Made by a program: the position numbers and the translations under genes. Below, piece after piece: positions 21,324 to 30,578 of a stretch of 64,000 nt of DNA (the stretch's first letter is position 1; each line of letters starts with the position of its first letter). A model generated the notes under the pieces. It was not told the DNA's origin. It saw only the letters and a list, made by a program, of their open reading frames with translations, and did no database searches. Origin of the DNA: Clostridia bacterium (lineage in GTDB: Bacteria; Bacillota; Clostridia; Oscillospirales; CAG-272); contig JAFUQQ010000009.1 of assembly GCA_017472285.1 (NCBI GenBank), forward strand, positions 2,889 to 66,888, read 5' to 3'.

Positions 21324-23054
21324 ATGAAAAAATGGATTCTTTTGCTTTTATGTCTGTTATTGACAACGGTTCTTTTCTCTTGCGGCGACCATGAAATACC
21401 GCCGATAAGCGAAACGACATCGGAAACTTCCGAATCCCTCACGCAGACGGAAATTTCCGAAACCACGGTCATGACGGAAACGACTTCTTCCGCAACGGAA
21501 ACTACATCCGTTACGGAAACGACCGCATCACAGACCGAAACTTCTTCCACAGAGAAAACAACGGAAACCACCGCAAGAAATTACGTTCTTTACAGCGATT
21601 TCGGCGCGAAAGGCGACGGCAAAAAAGATGATTTTCTACCCATCTTTGCGGCTCACGCATATGCTAACCGCGAAGGGCTTCCCGTGAAAGCCGATGAAGG
21701 CGCAATTTATCTGATCGGACCGCAATCCATCGGCAGAGAGATCGAGATCCGAACGGATACCGATTGGACGGGCGCAAAATTCATCATCGATGACAGCGGC
21801 ATTACGGTTGATAAAAAAAAGACATATACGAAGCCCATCTTCCGCATCACGTCTGCAAAAGAAAGCCGGACCTTCAAAGAAATCCAATCGCTCAAAAAAA
21901 CCGATACCAATATCGGTTTTGCTCCGGGCGAAAAATGCCTTGCCGTCATCAAGGACAAAAGCGCAAGAGTCTTTATCCGTTCGGGTGTCCATTCGGGCAA
22001 AGGCGATCTCAAGCAAGAGATCGTTCTTTTAGATGAAAACGGAAACATCGATGAAGCAACGCCTCTCACTTGGAATTACGATGAGATCGCCTCCATCGTA
22101 CTCTACCCCCTTGAAGAAACAACCCTGACCGTTCGCGGCGGCGAATTTCATACGATCGCGGACAAAGCCCCCGCAAAGCATACTTATTTTCATAGAAATA
22201 TCATCGTCAACCGTTCCAATACCGTTTTGGAAAATATTACGCATACCGTTGAAGGCGAAACAGATGCGGGCGGTGCGCCGTATCACGGTTTTATCTATAT
22301 CTCACAATGTATGGACGTAACCGTAAAAAATTGCGCATTCACACCGCATTATATGTTCACAAAGATCCATGCCGACGGCGCGGCAACTTTCGGTTATGAT
22401 CTCCATATCAATACCGCAACGGATATCCGCATCATCGGTTGTACACAAACGATCTCCATCGACGATACGAATTATTGGGGTGTTTTCACATCCAATTTCG
22501 CAAGAAATCTGACGCTGGAAGATTGTATTTTCTCCCGTTTTGATGCACACAGAGGTGTTTATAACGTCACGATTCGAAATTGTACGTTCGGACATCAGGG
22601 TATCCTTTTCGTCGGCTTCGGACTTTTCACAATCGAAGATACGACCGTCCGTGCATCGTCTTTCGTTCAACTCCGCGAAGATTACGGCGCGACGTTTGAC
22701 GGTAAACTCGTGATCCGAAACGGTCGGTTTGAACCGCAAGCGAAGCTCCATTCCACATCCGAACTCATCAGAGCGCGCAACAATTGCGATCATTATTACG
22801 GTTATCAATGCCATTTCCCAACACTTGAGATCGACGGACTTTTCATAGACGATACCAATGCAACAAGCGGTTATCAAGGCATCTACGTCTTGCCGTCATA
22901 TACCGAGCGCACCGACCGCTTCGCGCTGAAATCCAAGACGGGTTATTTCCCGCCCGAAAGCGTGACACTCCGCGGTATCACGACCGCAAGTGGAAAAGAT
23001 TATCGCATCTGCCGCATCGCTTATCTGTTCTCCGATACGGAGATTACGGAATGA
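21324..23054 (+). CDS. lipoprotein with T/E/S-rich linker and right-handed beta-helix (pectate-lyase-3-like) domain
   Basis: Signal peptide plus lipobox 'LFSCG'. Low-complexity linker at 21414-21569. 'DFGAKGDGKKDD' is typical of the pectate_lyase_3 N-terminus. Confidence 0.65.
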   Translation: MKKWILLLLCLLLTTVLFSCGDHEIPPISETTSETSESLTQTEISETTVMTETTSSATETTSVTETTASQTETSSTEKTTETTARNYVLYSDFGAKGDGKKDDFLPIFAAHAYANREGLPVKADEGAIYLIGPQSIGREIEIRTDTDWTGAKFIIDDSGITVDKKKTYTKPIFRITSAKESRTFKEIQSLKKTDTNIGFAPGEKCLAVIKDKSARVFIRSGVHSGKGDLKQEIVLLDENGNIDEATPLTWNYDEIASIVLYPLEETTLTVRGGEFHTIADKAPAKHTYFHRNIIVNRSNTVLENITHTVEGETDAGGAPYHGFIYISQCMDVTVKNCAFTPHYMFTKIHADGAATFGYDLHINTATDIRIIGCTQTISIDDTNYWGVFTSNFARNLTLEDCIFSRFDAHRGVYNVTIRNCTFGHQGILFVGFGLFTIEDTTVRASSFVQLREDYGATFDGKLVIRNGRFEPQAKLHSTSELIRARNNCDHYYGYQCHFPTLEIDGLFIDDTNATSGYQGIYVLPSYTERTDRFALKSKTGYFPPESVTLRGITTASGKDYRICRIAYLFSDTEITE

Positions 23055-23088
23055 ATAACAAAAATCCCTCTCATGAGGGATTTTTCTC

Positions 23089-24474
23089 TTATTTCAAACC
23101 TTTTGCTTTTTCTCTTTTTTTCATTTCTCTTGCAACACAGCCAAGTAAAACAACCGCAAGCAAAGCCGCAAGAATATTGACACCGACAAAATTCAGCCAG
23201 ATACCGTCAAGACCGAGATTCCAGAGCAGAATCAACATCAATACGGGGAAAATAAGCGCAATGGATACGGACATCGCCGTTGCAAAAACGGGTTTTTCGA
23301 TGGCACTGAAAAAGCTCTGCGTAATGACCCCGATCCAACGGAACAGATATGCAAAACAGAAAAGACGGATTGCGTGTACGGAAATTTCAAGCAATCTTAC
23401 GTCTGCGGCATCCACAAAAAGAGATGCGATCGTTTCCGAAAAGAAAAACATGACAGCCGTTGAAACCATACCGACCGTAAACGTACCGAGATAACCGCAA
23501 CCAACGATCTTTCTGACTCTTTTATAATTTTCCGCGCCCCAATTATATCCGATCGCAGGCGCAAGAGAATCGCTGATACCGTAAAGCAAAGGCCAGCAAA
23601 GATCGCTCGCATACATCAGAACGGCATAAACCGCAACTGCCGTCGTACCGCCGCCTTCACCAAAAGTTTCCGCACCGAGTTTCATCAATGAAATATTCAA
23701 AATGATCGACGTGACACGTCCCGCAATGTTGTTGAGGAAAACAGGCGAACCGCAAGCGGCAATTTCCTTGAACATTGCCCATCGGAATTTCGGTTTTACG
23801 AATTGTAACAGCGTTTTTTTCCTTAAAAACGGAATCATTGCAGCAAAAGAGCAGAGGCTCATGGAAATACAGGTCGCAAGTGCAGAACCGACGACATCCA
23901 TTTCCAGAACGAACAGGAAAAACGAAAGAAAACCGAGCGTCAGCAGATTGGAAAAGATATTGATGAACATACTCGTTTTGACGTAACCGCTGATACGCAG
24001 ATAATTATCCATCGCAAAAAATATCGTCGTGAGCGGACCGCAAAGCGCATACGTGCGCAGATAACGCACCGCCGTATCTAAAAGTTCATCGCTCGCACCC
24101 ATCATCCGCGAAAGCGGTTCCGCGGCAAAAAACATCACGCTTCCCATCAATAAAGAAGCAAGAAAGATCATAATGATCGAGCAAGAAAAAATATTGTTTG
24201 CCGTTTGGCGATCTTCTTTACCGAGTGCAATCGAGATTGGTACGGATGCGCCGACACCGACAAGATCGGCAAGCGAAAAATTAATCATCACAAGAGGCAT
24301 CGCAATATTGACTGCCGCAAACGCACCCTCACCGAGAATCTGACCGATAAACGCGCCTTCAATGATGCTGTATACCGACATGGCAAACATACTGACCATA
24401 CCGGGCAAAGCCATCATGAAAAAAAGTTTCCAAGGTTTCATTTCGGCATACATGATCTCCGCTTTCATCTTCAT
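23089..24474 (-). CDS. MATE family efflux transporter
   Basis: 12-TM profile and N-terminal 'WKLFFMMALPGMVSMF'. Start chosen at the ATGA overlap with the upstream stop codon. Confidence 0.85.
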   Translation of the reverse strand: MKMKAEIMYAEMKPWKLFFMMALPGMVSMFAMSVYSIIEGAFIGQILGEGAFAAVNIAMPLVMINFSLADLVGVGASVPISIALGKEDRQTANNIFSCSIIMIFLASLLMGSVMFFAAEPLSRMMGASDELLDTAVRYLRTYALCGPLTTIFFAMDNYLRISGYVKTSMFINIFSNLLTLGFLSFFLFVLEMDVVGSALATCISMSLCSFAAMIPFLRKKTLLQFVKPKFRWAMFKEIAACGSPVFLNNIAGRVTSIILNISLMKLGAETFGEGGGTTAVAVYAVLMYASDLCWPLLYGISDSLAPAIGYNWGAENYKRVRKIVGCGYLGTFTVGMVSTAVMFFFSETIASLFVDAADVRLLEISVHAIRLFCFAYLFRWIGVITQSFFSAIEKPVFATAMSVSIALIFPVLMLILLWNLGLDGIWLNFVGVNILAALLAVVLLGCVAREMKKREKAKGLK

Positions 24475-25097
24475 GAGTCTTTCTGAGCCTCCGTATACCA
24501 CTGTTCAATATAGGAACAAAGAGCGGGAATCAAAGACGCGATCTCTTTTCCCGAAGTATTGATGCAAAGTTCATATCCCGCCGCGTCGCCCCACCTGCGT
24601 TCCGTAAACAATTTTCTGTAAGAAGCGCGCCGTTTATCGATCTCACGGCATTTGCGCAATATTTCTTTATCGGAAAGTTTTTCATTTTCTTCCGCTCTCG
24701 CACGGCAACGCGAAAGTTTGGAAGTTTCATCCGCGCAAACGAAAATACGGAACGGTTTCTGATCCGCAAGAACGATATCCCCCGCTCTGCCAACGATCAC
24801 ACAATCGCTTTCCAAAGCAAGTTTTTTCATCATTTCCTGTTCTTTCGCCATGACCTGAACGCCCTGAAGCATCGCGTAATTCGGTCTTGTGAAACCTCTT
24901 GCAATGGTCGCAGGATAAAAATTTCTCACATCTTTTTCCGATTGATAAGCAACGTAATTTTTATCCAATTTTTCTTTTTCGGCAACCATTTCTATGATCT
25001 GCTGATCGTAACAAGGAATACCAAGCGCATCGGCAAGACGTTTTCCGAGCTCACGTCCGCCCGAACCGAATTCACGGCTGATCGTAATGATTTTCAT
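24471..25097 (-). CDS. cytidylate kinase-like family protein
   Basis: 'ITISREFGSGGRELGKRLA' P-loop-like start is typical of this family. Confidence 0.7.
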   Translation of the reverse strand: MKIITISREFGSGGRELGKRLADALGIPCYDQQIIEMVAEKEKLDKNYVAYQSEKDVRNFYPATIARGFTRPNYAMLQGVQVMAKEQEMMKKLALESDCVIVGRAGDIVLADQKPFRIFVCADETSKLSRCRARAEENEKLSDKEILRKCREIDKRRASYRKLFTERRWGDAAGYELCINTSGKEIASLIPALCSYIEQWYTEAQKDS

Positions 25098-25130
25098 ATC
25101 TTATCTCCTCTTACGTTTTATTTTAATAAC

Positions 25131-25157
25131 AAAAAAGCCTTGACCTCTTGTCAAGAC
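25131..25157 (-). terminator. intrinsic terminator after tRNA-Val
   Basis: Minus strand reads CTTGAC-AAGAG-GTCAAG GCTTTTTT. Confidence 0.5.
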
Positions 25158-25253
25158 TTCTGATATGATAAAGCAAGTGCTCCCTAAGAATGATATAGGC
25201 GATGACCGTCATTTTAACGGAATTTCGCAATGCGGACGACATACTTGCGTAAA

Positions 25254-25330
25254 TGGTGAAGATGAGTGGACTCGAACCACCGACCCCCTGCATGTCAAGC
25301 AGATACTCTAACCAGCTGAGCTACACCTTC
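25254..25330 (-). tRNA. tRNA-Val (anticodon GAC)
   Basis: Folded by hand into a 77-nt cloverleaf: acceptor GAAGGTG/CATCTTC, anticodon loop TTGACAT, GGTTCGAGTCC T-arm, encoded CCA. Confidence 0.9.
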
Positions 25331-25371
25331 ATGTTTATTTTCAAACGGGTTTTATCAACCTTACAAGCAGT

Positions 25372-25400
25372 ACTTTACCACAAGTTTTTATGTTTGTCAA
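25372..25400 (-). promoter_or_regulatory. promoter of tRNA-Val
   Basis: Minus strand reads AAAAAAGGTA-TTGACA-N17-TAAAGT. It shares the AAAAAAGGTATTGA upstream element with 27579 and 33243. Confidence 0.55.
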
Positions 25401-25522
25401 TACCTTTTTTGAAAATATTTTTGTTTTTTGAAAAATTTTCGGAAGGAGCATACAGCCAAGCAAATTTGGCTGTGCCCTCTCCTACCGCATTTATGCAAAT
25501 ACAGCATCGCACAAAGCTAAAA

Positions 25523-27343
25523 TCATAGCTCATTTGAAATTTCATCATTCCATATCAAGTCCGAAAAGGACAGCAAAAGAGATGTCTCACACCAGCAAGT
25601 ACCGAAGAATACGCCTCCTACACGGCTCTGCCCTTCCCAATCACTCGTATTGACTCTTTCACAAATCCAGCCGGACAAAAGTTTGCGCGGCTCCTGATCC
25701 CAAGAAAATATGGGACGATCCTCTGTAGATACGCATTGAGGGATAAAAAAAGCAATATCGCGCAAAAGCTCAAGATATTCTTTGGTATCCGTGTATTTGT
25801 AGAGCTTATATATAGCATCACCCGATGCGGTGCAAAGTCCGGGAGCAGAATGCTTATTTTGCACGTTTGCAAATACACTTCCAACTGTATTGATATTTAA
25901 CTTTCCAAATTCACTTTCCTGAGGAAATACGTAAGAATATGGCATTACCCAGCTTGAGAGCAGATGCAGACTATCCTTTGCGTATCTTAACCACTTTTCT
26001 TCTTTTTCCACCTCGTACAAAAGCACCATGCTCTCAACCATAGCATACGAGCTTTCGCTGTCAGGCGCGCAAAGAGCCTCTCCGGGACCACCGTATGTGA
26101 TACCACGAGCAACGTAATCATTATAATATTTTTCACCGGCAAGCCTTGCGATATCAAGATATCTGCTATCACCAAAATAACGCCAAGCGAGCACCAAAGC
26201 GCTGATTACCGAAGCACCGGAGGTCGTGCCACCATATATGATCTCACCCGTTTCAATATTAATGAACTGTCCGAAGTCCTCATATTTTTTATATAGCTTT
26301 ACAAATGCGTTCGCACAGCTCTTAGCCGCAGATATCCAGCTTTCTTTCGGGGGCATTGCGTCAAAATGCTTAAAAAGAAAATAAAGTGCATCGCCGATCT
26401 TTCTTACAAGGACGGAATTTCTCATATGCTCATGCCCAAAGCCGTCATCCGTAATAACTCCGTCAACGATCATACTATAAAAGAAGCCGCAGGGAGATAT
26501 ATTTGAGGTCATATAGTCAAGCGTCTGTATAGCACGCTGTTTTGAAAGCGAATTTCCGTGCTTCAGCAATGGCAGCGATGACATTCCGCCGCCGACCCAA
26601 CCACACTGCCATTTTTTCGATGCTTCAGCGTAGTACTCCCCGCTAAAATTATCATTGTTCATATGGCTCTCCATCATGCGCCACAGCTCTTTGGTATAAC
26701 CGTTTGGGACGGGGCTATCGGAAAGTAAGCATCTGCGGTTCTTGAAAAACAATTCAAAGAATTCCGAAATATTGCAACAATCAAAAATTTTTATCAAAAC
26801 CCTTGATGAGAGAGATTCGCCTTTTATTACGGATATCCCGGAGTCATTCGAGGGCTCGTCTGTACGACACATTCGATAACATTGGGAGCGTATTGAAGGA
26901 AACTGAACCGTAACCTTTCCGCTTTCGACGGAAAAACCAATGTTTTTATCCTTACAGGCTTGCTCTGTAAAAATAAAAAAAGCTTGTTTATTGGATTCGA
27001 AAAAAACGCCGAAGCAAGGGACCGACATATCGCCCGAGGTAACCTCTATCTTGCCGCTACCGTCAATATTGAGCGCGGGAACATCAGATATGAGAGGAAC
27101 CGCATCCTTTTTGCAATCCGATTCGCGATACATGGGTGGATATTTACACTTAATTCGCTCAAATCTATTTCCGTTATATGCGCAGGCAGGCAAAAAAACA
27201 TATGCATCATCTCCCCATTCGGGAAATTCTATAGATAAAGAAAAACGCGTATCGTCATGATCTCTTTGAGCGATCAAGGAAACTCTATCGTTACAATAAC
27301 TTACATCTCCGTTGTTTGAGTCAAGCTTAATTTTATAATCCAT
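25523..27343 (-). CDS. hypothetical protein, possible (alpha/alpha)-barrel glycosidase/lyase-like
   Basis: 606-aa ORF with AAGGAGA RBS. The helical repeat C-terminal half suggests an alpha/alpha toroid, but I recognise no firm family. Visibly more AT-rich than its neighbours. Confidence 0.6.
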   Translation of the reverse strand: MDYKIKLDSNNGDVSYCNDRVSLIAQRDHDDTRFSLSIEFPEWGDDAYVFLPACAYNGNRFERIKCKYPPMYRESDCKKDAVPLISDVPALNIDGSGKIEVTSGDMSVPCFGVFFESNKQAFFIFTEQACKDKNIGFSVESGKVTVQFPSIRSQCYRMCRTDEPSNDSGISVIKGESLSSRVLIKIFDCCNISEFFELFFKNRRCLLSDSPVPNGYTKELWRMMESHMNNDNFSGEYYAEASKKWQCGWVGGGMSSLPLLKHGNSLSKQRAIQTLDYMTSNISPCGFFYSMIVDGVITDDGFGHEHMRNSVLVRKIGDALYFLFKHFDAMPPKESWISAAKSCANAFVKLYKKYEDFGQFINIETGEIIYGGTTSGASVISALVLAWRYFGDSRYLDIARLAGEKYYNDYVARGITYGGPGEALCAPDSESSYAMVESMVLLYEVEKEEKWLRYAKDSLHLLSSWVMPYSYVFPQESEFGKLNINTVGSVFANVQNKHSAPGLCTASGDAIYKLYKYTDTKEYLELLRDIAFFIPQCVSTEDRPIFSWDQEPRKLLSGWICERVNTSDWEGQSRVGGVFFGTCWCETSLLLSFSDLIWNDEISNEL

Positions 27344-27385
27344 ACTATATCATTCTCCTTTTTTGCTCAAATGTTCAAATAGAGC

Positions 27386-27419
27386 AAAAAAGCCTATCAC
27401 TTTCGTGATAGGCTTTTTT
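27386..27419. terminator. bidirectional intrinsic terminator after tRNA-Gln
   Basis: AAAAAAGCCTATCAC-TTTC-GTGATAGGCTTTTTT. Confidence 0.8.
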
Positions 27420-27420
27420 G

Positions 27421-27496
27421 TGGCTGCGGCACTAGGATTCGAACCTAGGTAATGACGGGGTCAGAGTCCGTTGCCTTACCACTTGGCGATGCCGCA
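27421..27496 (-). tRNA. tRNA-Gln (anticodon CUG)
   Basis: 76 nt and closely parallels the E. coli tRNA-Gln layout: TGCGGCATCGCCAAGTGGTAAGGC..CTCTGAC loop..GGTTCGAATCC..GCCA. Confidence 0.85.
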
Positions 27497-27550
27497 ATTT
27501 TTATGAAGTTTCCCGCCTGCGAGTGTCGCTCTCGCCTTGGGACGCATACT

Positions 27551-27579
27551 ATTCTAACAGATAACTTCCAATTTGTCAA
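27551..27579 (-). promoter_or_regulatory. promoter of tRNA-Gln
   Basis: Minus strand reads AAAAAAGGTA-TTGACA-N17-TAGAAT. Confidence 0.6.
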
Positions 27580-27639
27580 TACCTTTTTTCAATTTTTTTG
27601 ACAATTTTTTTAAGTTTTGCAAAGGAGATAAATGAAGAT

Positions 27640-27864
27640 ATGGAAAAGATATATTGTTTTGACAAAAACGACAAAATCGAGATCAAAAAAATAGATACAA
27701 CACCTGAAAAGCGAAAAATCTATGAAAAATCAGGCATCCTTGAAGGCGCGATTCTTGAAATTTTTTTCAAATATCAAAAATATCTGATCGTCAAAATCGG
27801 AGAAAATAAATTTGCATTATCTGCGGAAGCTACAAAAGAAATTTTCGGAGAACGGCTTTTTTAG
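27640..27864 (+). CDS. FeoA-like small protein
   Basis: 74 aa with an SH3-like FeoA pattern 'SGILEGAILEI...YLIVKIGENKFALSAEATKEI'. AAGGAG lies 12 nt upstream. Confidence 0.5.
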   Translation: MEKIYCFDKNDKIEIKKIDTTPEKRKIYEKSGILEGAILEIFFKYQKYLIVKIGENKFALSAEATKEIFGERLF

Positions 27865-27960
27865 TCATATTTTTGACTCGAAAAGGATATCATTTTCATA
27901 AAGAAAATTATCATTATTTCCGATCTCCTTTATTCTATATATAGCTATATATAATATATT

Positions 27961-29187
27961 ATGAAAAAGAAAATTCTGATCCTTTCAAAAACACCTTTCG
28001 CATCTTTATCGTTTCATGACCGCATCGACCGTTTGATCTGTTATCCCGCAATCGGTATCCCGCTTTTTGTGTTGACCGTATTTCTGATCTTTTTTCTCGC
28101 TTTTTACGGTCCGGGAGAATATCTGGCGGTATTATTGGAAAAACTTTTTATTCAGACAGCAGAAATTTTCCGCACTTTCCTTTTCCGTATCAATACGGCA
28201 GAATGGCTCATCCGTTTGCTGACCGACGGTATTTTTCTCGGTGTTACGTCCGTGATTTGTTTTTTGCCGCAGACCGCAATCTTATTTTTTCTGCTGACTG
28301 TATTGACAGAATCAGGATATATGGCGCGCGCGATTTTCGTTATGGATACCGTCATGCGTTCGCTCGGTCTTTCGGGAAAAGCAATTTCTTCATTTCTGAT
28401 CGCATTCGGCTGTACCGTACCTGCCATCACAAAAACAAAAGAAATGAAAGCCGACGAAAAAGAAACCGTGATCCGTTCCTTGCTTTTTATTCCGTGCAGC
28501 GCAAGACTTCCCGTATTGCTTTTTCTGGTTTCGGAATGTTTTGAAACGTATCCTGCGCTTGCCGCGGCTTGTTTTTATATTCTTTGTTTTTTCACAGCGT
28601 TTCTTTCCGCAACATTGGATAGCAAAAAACGAAAAAATGAAGATACCGAACCACTTATTCTTTCCCTACCCGATTATAAAATTCCTCGTTTACATATACT
28701 TCTTCGGGAAACTGCCGAAAAATCCGCTGATTTTCTGATTCGTGCCTGCACGATCATTTTTCTTTGCAGTGCCGTATTGAATCTCCTCGGTATGCTGACT
28801 CCCTCGTTTGTACTTACTGAAATACCGGATGAAAGCATTCTTTTCCATATCGGAAATCTGTTTTCACCGATTTTTCAGTTACTCGGATTTGGAAATGGAG
28901 CGGTCGCCATTGCACTCCTGAGCGGTTTTTTTGCGAAAGAATCGATCGTTGCTGCCCTTGCGCTCCTGTTGCCAACGGGTATTACATCCGTATTATCTCC
29001 CGCAGGCGCAATATCTTTTTGCGCGTTTTCCATGTTGTATACACCTTGTATGTCATCATTACACGCGATCGCCAAAGAGCTCGGACGAAAAAAAGCCTTA
29101 CGGATTCTCCTGCGAACCATTCTTTTCGCATTTTTGATCTCTTTCGCTTTATACACCTTTACCTATGTTTGTACAAATTGTTGTTGA
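27961..29187 (+). CDS. FeoB-type membrane (nucleoside-recognition/gate) protein lacking the N-terminal GTPase domain
   Basis: Begins at the 'DRIDRLICYPAIGIPLFVL' segment, which in full-length FeoB follows the G and helical domains. Multi-TM. No G1-G4 motifs. Confidence 0.65.
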   Translation: MKKKILILSKTPFASLSFHDRIDRLICYPAIGIPLFVLTVFLIFFLAFYGPGEYLAVLLEKLFIQTAEIFRTFLFRINTAEWLIRLLTDGIFLGVTSVICFLPQTAILFFLLTVLTESGYMARAIFVMDTVMRSLGLSGKAISSFLIAFGCTVPAITKTKEMKADEKETVIRSLLFIPCSARLPVLLFLVSECFETYPALAAACFYILCFFTAFLSATLDSKKRKNEDTEPLILSLPDYKIPRLHILLRETAEKSADFLIRACTIIFLCSAVLNLLGMLTPSFVLTEIPDESILFHIGNLFSPIFQLLGFGNGAVAIALLSGFFAKESIVAALALLLPTGITSVLSPAGAISFCAFSMLYTPCMSSLHAIAKELGRKKALRILLRTILFAFLISFALYTFTYVCTNCC

Positions 29188-29257
29188 ATATGCACAAAAC
29201 CACTTTTGACTTTTTGAAATTGTTCGTAATTTTTTATATTTTTCTTTCAAAATTAAC

Positions 29258-29285
29258 TTGACTTTTTATTTTTTTATGGTATAAT
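29258..29285 (+). promoter_or_regulatory. promoter of the sigma-factor gene
   Basis: TTGACT-N16-TATAAT with TGG immediately upstream of the -10 box. Confidence 0.5.
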
Positions 29286-29330
29286 ATTCGCGTATATGAA
29301 CAGCATTATTATTTTTGAAAGTGTGATTCC

Positions 29331-29885
29331 GTGAACTCTGATATCGAAACCTTGCTCGAAAACGTAAAGAACGGCGAACCGCTCTCCTTTGACGTGATTT
29401 ACAGGCTTTATACCCCCCTGATAGAAAGTACCGTTCAAAGCTGCTGCCGAAGCCTTTCCGCCACGACAGCCGAGGCAGACGATATCCGACAGGAAGCCGC
29501 TATCGCTCTCTATAACGCGGTGATCGCTTACAACCCCGCAAAAAACGTAACCTTCGGCGCGTATGCAAAGGTCTGCATCCGCAACAGGATCACATCTTAT
29601 ATCCGCTGTTTTCAGGAAAACGAATTGCCCGAAGTCCCTTTCGGAGAAACCGAGTTCGATGAGCCCGATCCCGAAACACCCGAGCAGGTCGTCATCAGTA
29701 AAGAATCCCTTTGCAATCTGAATCGCAGAATTGACGAAACTCTGACGGATTTTGAAAAATCCGTATTCGTTCTTTATATTGGCAATATGTCTTATAACGA
29801 CATGGCAAAAGCTCTCGGCAAGCCAAAAAAATCGATCGACAACGCCATTCACAGAATCAAAGCAAAGTTACGGAAGCTTTTATGA
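29331..29885 (+). CDS. sigma-70 family RNA polymerase sigma factor (group 3/4-like)
   Basis: Region 2 'DIRQEAAIALYNAVIAYNP...FGAYAKVCIRNRI' and region 4 HTH 'MSYNDMAKALGKPKKSIDNAIHRIKAKL'. GTG start. Confidence 0.8.
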   Translation: MNSDIETLLENVKNGEPLSFDVIYRLYTPLIESTVQSCCRSLSATTAEADDIRQEAAIALYNAVIAYNPAKNVTFGAYAKVCIRNRITSYIRCFQENELPEVPFGETEFDEPDPETPEQVVISKESLCNLNRRIDETLTDFEKSVFVLYIGNMSYNDMAKALGKPKKSIDNAIHRIKAKLRKLL

Positions 29886-30084
29886 AGCGGCACAGCCGTT
29901 CCCGTTTTCAGTTCAAAAATATGCTATAATTCCCCGCGGGGATTTATATAGAAAGCAAATTTAATCCGTTAAGTTTGTTTATGCCCAAATAGCTTAATTC
30001 CAGAGCGTTGTTTTCAAAGGTGTCGGTCAGAGTCCGGCTTAGGGCGAAAAATTAACCTAATTTATCAAAGCGAGGTAAACACAA

Positions 30085-30360
30085 ATGTATCAGGACAAGA
30101 CATTGGTATGCAAAGATTGCGGAGCGGAATTCGTTTTCACAGCCGGTGAACAGGAATTCTACGCTGAAAAAGGTTTCCAGCACGAACCCCAAAGATGCAA
30201 GACTTGCCGTGCCGCTAAGAAAAACGCTACTAAGCCCGCAAGAGAACTCTTCTCCACCACTTGCGCTCGTTGTGGTCAGGAAGCTAAAGTTCCTTTCCAG
30301 CCCAGCAATGACAGACCCGTTTATTGCAGCGCTTGCTACGCTGAAATGAAACAGCAGTAA
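30085..30360 (+). CDS. zinc-ribbon domain protein (two CxxC pairs x2)
   Basis: 'CKDCGAEF..FTAGEQEFY..CKTC' and 'CARCGQEAKVPF..PVYCSACY'. Widespread small zinc-ribbon family. Confidence 0.7.
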   Translation: MYQDKTLVCKDCGAEFVFTAGEQEFYAEKGFQHEPQRCKTCRAAKKNATKPARELFSTTCARCGQEAKVPFQPSNDRPVYCSACYAEMKQQ

Positions 30361-30377
30361 TATAGTTTTCACTATTT

Positions 30378-30413
30378 CCCCTTTCGGCTCTGCCGAAAGG
30401 GGTTTGTCTTTTT
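30378..30413 (+). terminator. intrinsic terminator
   Basis: CCCCTTTCGG-CTCT-GCCGAAAGGGG followed by TTTGTCTTTTT. Confidence 0.8.
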
Positions 30414-30475
30414 CTCCAAACTCTTGTCAAAACGAAAAAAGAGCCGCCACAGAGAAAAATTTTTGAAAGGGGGTC

Positions 30476-30505
30476 GGGGAAAACTTTTTTTAAAAAGTTT
30501 TCCCC
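30476..30505. repeat. GGGGA-palindrome element
   Basis: GGGGAAAACTTTTTTTAAAAAGTTTTCCCC. Preceded by CCGCCACAGAGAAAAATTTTTGAAAGGGGG, which is shared with the copy at 57958. Confidence 0.8.
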
Positions 30506-30519
30506 GAAGAACTCCGTAC

Positions 30520-30548
30520 TTGACAAAACGCTCGGTTTGCGTTATGAT
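30520..30548 (+). promoter_or_regulatory. promoter of the RNHCP gene
   Basis: TTGACA-N17-TATGAT. Confidence 0.55.
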
Positions 30549-30578
30549 AAACATAAATAAAAGCTGACGGAGAACATC

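Noticed and set aside
25441-25500. Possible att-site duplication of the tRNA-Gln 3' end (TGGCTGTGCC vs TGGCTGCGGC) marking an integrated island
   Set aside because: Only about 8 of 10 nt match, and the sequence is part of a local hairpin (ACAGCCAA..TTGGCTGT). This is insufficient to call an att repeat.
27905-27919. Fur box in front of the truncated feoB
   Set aside because: Only one half-site (ATCATTAT) matches well, about 12/19 to the consensus by eye. It is mentioned in the Feo finding but not called as a feature.
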